Assembly (NCBI RefSeq): GCF_026735165.1
Contig: NZ_JAPQES010000006.1
Span: 217,529 to 249,528, forward strand
From: Clostridium ganghwense
GTDB lineage: Bacteria; Bacillota; Clostridia; Clostridiales; Clostridiaceae
Length of the DNA: 32,000 bases
Direction of reading: 5' to 3'
Made by a program: the position numbers and the translations under genes. Below the pieces are notes generated by a model that was given only the letters and a program-made list of their open reading frames with translations, was not told where the DNA came from and did not search any database. Below, one piece after another: positions 29,472-32,000 of the stretch (position 1 is the first letter of the stretch; each line of letters starts with the position of its first letter).

Positions 29472-30467
29472 TTATTTAGAATTTATCCATGACATCATGG
29501 CTCTTAATTCTTTACCAACTTTTTCAACTTGGTGTTCTCTTTCTCTTCTTCTAGTAGCGTTAAATTGTGGTCTGTTAACTTGGTTTTCTATAAGCCAATT
29601 TCTCGCAAAAGTTCCATCTTGAATTTCTGTTAAAACCTTCTTCATTTCTTTTCTAGTTTCATCAGTTATTATTCTACGTCCAACACTGTAGTCCCCATAT
29701 TCTGCAGTATCACTAATAGAATATCTCATATTGCTTAGACCACCTTCAAATATTAGGTCTATTATTAATTTCATTTCATGTACACATTCAAAATATGCAT
29801 TTTCTGGTGCATATCCAGCTTCAACTAAAGTTTCAAAACCAGCTTTCATAAGTTCTGTTAATCCACCACAAAGAACTGCTTGTTCTCCAAAAAGGTCCGT
29901 TTCTGTTTCATCTTTGAAAGTAGTTTCTAATACTCCTCCTCTAGTTCCACCAATTCCTTTAGCATAAGCTAAAGCATAGTCTTTAGCTTTTCCTGTATAA
30001 TCTTGATATACAGCTATTAAGCATGGAACACCTTTCCCTTCTTCATATTGGCTTCTTACAAGATGTCCTGGTCCTTTAGGTGCTGCCATGTAAACATCTA
30101 CGTATGCTGGTGGTACTATTTGACCATAGTGAATATTAAATCCGTGTGCAAAAACTAAAGCATTTCCTTCTTCAAGATTTGGTTCAACATCTTCTTTATA
30201 TACTTTTGCTTGCTTTTCATCTGGTATTAATATCATAACTACATCAGCTTCTTTTACAGCTTCTGCTGTTTCTAAAACTCTTAATCCAGCTTCTTCTGCT
30301 ACTTCTTTAGACTTACTTCCTTTGTAAAGTCCTACTCTAACATCTACCCCACTCTCTTTAAGATTTAGAGCATGTGCATGACCTTGACTTCCATATCCAA
30401 TTACTGCAACCTTCTTTTCCTTTAATAATTCTAAATTTGCACTTTCATCATAATAAATCTTTGCCAT
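29472..30467 (-). CDS. ilvC: Ketol-acid reductoisomerase IlvC (class I)
   Basis: 331 aa. The NADPH motif [17 protein letters not shown] and the class I KARI motifs GFNIHY and [11 protein letters not shown] are present. Confidence 0.95.
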   Translation of the reverse strand: MAKIYYDESANLELLKEKKVAVIGYGSQGHAHALNLKESGVDVRVGLYKGSKSKEVAEEAGLRVLETAEAVKEADVVMILIPDEKQAKVYKEDVEPNLEEGNALVFAHGFNIHYGQIVPPAYVDVYMAAPKGPGHLVRSQYEEGKGVPCLIAVYQDYTGKAKDYALAYAKGIGGTRGGVLETTFKDETETDLFGEQAVLCGGLTELMKAGFETLVEAGYAPENAYFECVHEMKLIIDLIFEGGLSNMRYSISDTAEYGDYSVGRRIITDETRKEMKKVLTEIQDGTFARNWLIENQVNRPQFNATRRREREHQVEKVGKELRAMMSWINSK

Positions 30468-30584
30468 TTTTATAGCCCCCTATTTTATATTTTAATTTTG
30501 TTTATAATAATAAAATCTTAATAATAACAGTTAGCCCCTTTGTAATTGTTATCATTTAATAATATTTATCAATCGTTTTTTTGT

Positions 30585-30790
30585 AATAAAAAAGATTTCC
30601 TGCCTTGAGGCGAAGAAATCGCGGTTCCACTCAAATTTATAACTCTAATAAATAACGGCTTCTACCGGCACAGCTTACTAATTTCAGCCTGCAGCTCCAG
30701 GGTGATTTTCAATAACCTATTATCTATGGGCTTTCACCTTTCCCCACTCTCTGTAAGACATATAATTATCTACTCTTCCCTATCTCAGCT
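30585..30790 (-). promoter_or_regulatory. T-box leader 2 (ilvC-proximal), apparent Ile (AUC) specifier, with terminator
   Basis: The minus strand has a stem I with AGAGUA (S-turn side), the AG-bay/distal loop CAGAGAGUGGGGAAAGGUGAAAGCCC and a specifier loop GAAA-AUC-A (codon at 30704-30706). The T-box sequence AAAUUUGAGUGGAACCGCG is at 30620-30638. The terminator is GAUUUC..GCC-UCAA-GGC..GAAAUC plus UUUUUU. Confidence 0.85.
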
Positions 30791-30884
30791 TTTATTTTTT
30801 ATAATTTAATATTTAGAATATTCTTGAAATAGAATTTTTGTTACTATTATTTTTCTTTTTTTGTTAAAAGCGACCCGATTTTTT

Positions 30885-31100
30885 ATAAAAAAAATACATA
30901 CTCTACCTCACATGAGGCGAAATATGCTCGCGGTACCACTCAAATTTATGACTATTATTAATAACGGCTCACACCGGCTCAGCTTACTTGATTCAGCCTG
31001 CAACTCGGAGGTGATTTTCAATAACCTATTATCTGTGGGCTTTCACCTTTTCCCACTCTCTGTAAGACATATAATTATTTACTCTTCCTCTTCACAGTTT
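30885..31100 (-). promoter_or_regulatory. T-box leader 1 (promoter-proximal), apparent Ile (AUC) specifier, with terminator
   Basis: It has the same architecture as leader 2, offset by 309 nt. The specifier loop is GAAA-AUC-A (codon at 31013-31015). The T-box sequence AAAUUUGAGUGGUACCGCG is at 30929-30947. The terminator hairpin is CAUAUUUCGCCUCA/UGAGGUAGAGUAUG followed by a U8 run. Confidence 0.85.
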
Positions 31101-31135
31101 TTGAAAATTGAAATTTATTTTTTGATTTGAGTCAT

Positions 31136-31164
31136 AGTTTACTACTTTAAAGCAACTATGTCAA
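31136..31164 (-). promoter_or_regulatory. Sigma-A-type promoter of the ilv operon
   Basis: Minus strand reads TTGACA (31159-31164), a 17-nt spacer, then TAAACT (31136-31141). This is about 35 nt upstream of stem I of T-box leader 1. Confidence 0.55.
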
Positions 31165-31336
31165 TACATATTTTGAAAAAATTTTATATTTTTTAATATA
31201 GTAAGTTTATTTTATATTTTAATATAATCTATTATATTTACACATCCTATCAATTATGACCTAATTTTTTAAATTTATAAATAATATTTTATATTATCTT
31301 TATAAATAAGTTGATATATTTCTTTCTTATTGTAAT

Positions 31337-31364
31337 AAAAATTGAAATTTAACCTTCAATTTTT
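31337..31364 (-). terminator. Weak AT-rich hairpin, possible terminator of the flavodoxin-like gene
   Basis: Inverted repeat AAAAATTGAA-(8 nt)-TTCAATTTTT about 20 nt after the stop at 31382. The stem is almost entirely A:T, so stability is low. Confidence 0.3.
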
Positions 31365-31381
31365 ACTACCCTTTTAAAACA

Positions 31382-31903
31382 TTATGAATTTACATAAGTA
31401 ATTATTTCATCTATATTTTTCTTTTTCGTAAAATCTACTGGATTGTTATAACTGGCGAGCATACCTCTTTCATCAGATGTTAATTCCTTTTTCTTCTTAA
31501 GCTTCCACTTTAGCAATGTCATAAGAAATTTATCAAAAGGGTTCAGTTTGTTGTAATTAAAACCACCCCGTAAATAAAAGAATCTTATATATTTTTGTTG
31601 CTCTTTAGTAAAGTTTTTATTTCTAACTTCGTTTATTACTTCTTCTCTTGAAGGTGATGCACCCGTTGCAAAAACCACAATCTTTTTGTCTTTGAGTTTA
31701 TTAATGTTTTCCGTTATAAACTTTACTCCATTGATATCAACAGCATATAAACTGCCACCATAAATCACAGTATCATAGTTTTTAATAATATTTAGAGTGA
31801 CTTTTGAAGCCTCAAAAATATCCGCAGATAACTCCTCTGCAATCCATTCTGAATATCTCTTTGTAAATCCTGTTTTCGACTTGTATATTACCACTGTTTT
31901 CAT
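31382..31903 (-). CDS. Flavodoxin-domain protein, HemG-like (long-chain flavodoxin_5 type)
   Basis: 173 aa. The N-terminus KTVVIYKSKTGFTKRYSEWIAEEL is a flavodoxin FMN-phosphate loop. VIYGGSLY and a C-terminal basic insert (LLKWKLKKKK) resemble the HemG-type flavodoxin family. SD is GAGAGGTG. Confidence 0.7.
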   Translation of the reverse strand: MKTVVIYKSKTGFTKRYSEWIAEELSADIFEASKVTLNIIKNYDTVIYGGSLYAVDINGVKFITENINKLKDKKIVVFATGASPSREEVINEVRNKNFTKEQQKYIRFFYLRGGFNYNKLNPFDKFLMTLLKWKLKKKKELTSDERGMLASYNNPVDFTKKKNIDEIITYVNS

Positions 31904-32000
31904 TATTTACACCTCTCTCTTATAATATAATAATCAAAGTCGACAATATTACTACTCCCGACTTTACTAATATTTATATATAAATATCAAGTGCTTTTAT

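Noticed and set aside
52-29967. About 20 plus-strand ORFs of 60-154 aa in the track (for example 52-504, 9789-10253, 10349-10654, 17172-17513, 25190-25651, 28945-29304, 29731-29967).
   Set aside because: Each lies entirely antisense to a well-supported minus-strand gene. Their composition is low-complexity (S/F/I/L/P-rich), typical of shadow frames in AT-rich DNA. They lack convincing SD sequences. I treat them as non-coding.
30861-31130. 89-aa plus-strand ORF in the ilv leader region.
   Set aside because: It is the antisense reading of T-box leader 1. The conserved RNA motifs (stem I, T-box sequence, terminator) on the minus strand explain the sequence conservation between the two repeats.
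31170-31300. Three copies of ATTTTATATT (31181, 31209, 31286) and related TTTTAATATA units in the 240-bp AT-rich spacer between the flavodoxin gene and the ilv promoter. I considered iterons, a degenerate repeat array or an origin-like element.
   Set aside because: The region is almost pure A/T, so short repeated decamers are expected by chance. Spacing is irregular, and there are no flanking replication or mobile-element genes. It is more likely promoter-upstream (UP-element-like) DNA.
1-32000. A search of the whole window for CRISPR arrays, tRNA or rRNA genes, transposases or integrases, toxin-antitoxin pairs, defence-system genes or terminal inverted repeats.
   Set aside because: None found. 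The only sizeable repeat is the tandem T-box duplication, and all ORFs over 100 aa but two have ordinary metabolic assignments. I therefore do not claim a novel multi-gene system in this window.

Overview
This is a visibly AT-rich, Clostridium-like (Firmicutes) chromosomal segment, and every credible gene lies on the minus strand. About 25 kb (roughly 26.4 kb down to 1.42 kb) reads as one anaerobic, early-cobalt-insertion adenosylcobalamin biosynthesis supra-operon. It starts with a sigma-A-like promoter and a cobalamin riboswitch (B12 box at 26201-26217) with terminator hairpins. The gene order is cobT, hemA, sirC-like, hemC, cobA/hemD fusion, hemB, hemL, cobC, cobS, cbiK, cobQ(cbiP), cbiB, cobD, an unknown 4-TM protein, cbiA, cbiC, cbiD, cbiE, cbiT, cbiL, cbiF, cbiG, cbiH, cbiJ, cbiM, cbiN, cbiQ and a PduX-like GHMP kinase. 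An intrinsic terminator at 1419-1443 closes it. Transcriptionally upstream are a 63-aa orphan ORF and an ilvC-ilvB-ilvE operon. That operon is driven by a TTGACA-17-TAAACT promoter and two tandem, near-identical T-box leaders (309-nt period), both with an apparent AUC (Ile) specifier. A HemG-like flavodoxin gene sits at the right edge. At the left edge are a small membrane protein and an Amj-like membrane protein. I see no rRNA or tRNA genes, CRISPR arrays, transposases, integrases or defence-type genes. All plus-strand ORFs in the track look like antisense shadows. I do not find a convincing novel multi-gene system; this is mostly core metabolism. The items worth a second look are the uncharacterised 4-TM gene coupled by ATGA overlaps between cobD and cbiA, the duplicated Ile T-boxes that differ at the discriminator-pairing base, and the two consecutive terminator hairpins behind the riboswitch. 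Also notable are the absent partners: no cbiO, cobU, corrinoid adenosyltransferase or ilvN. All family assignments come from reading motifs by eye and from memory, not from a database search.
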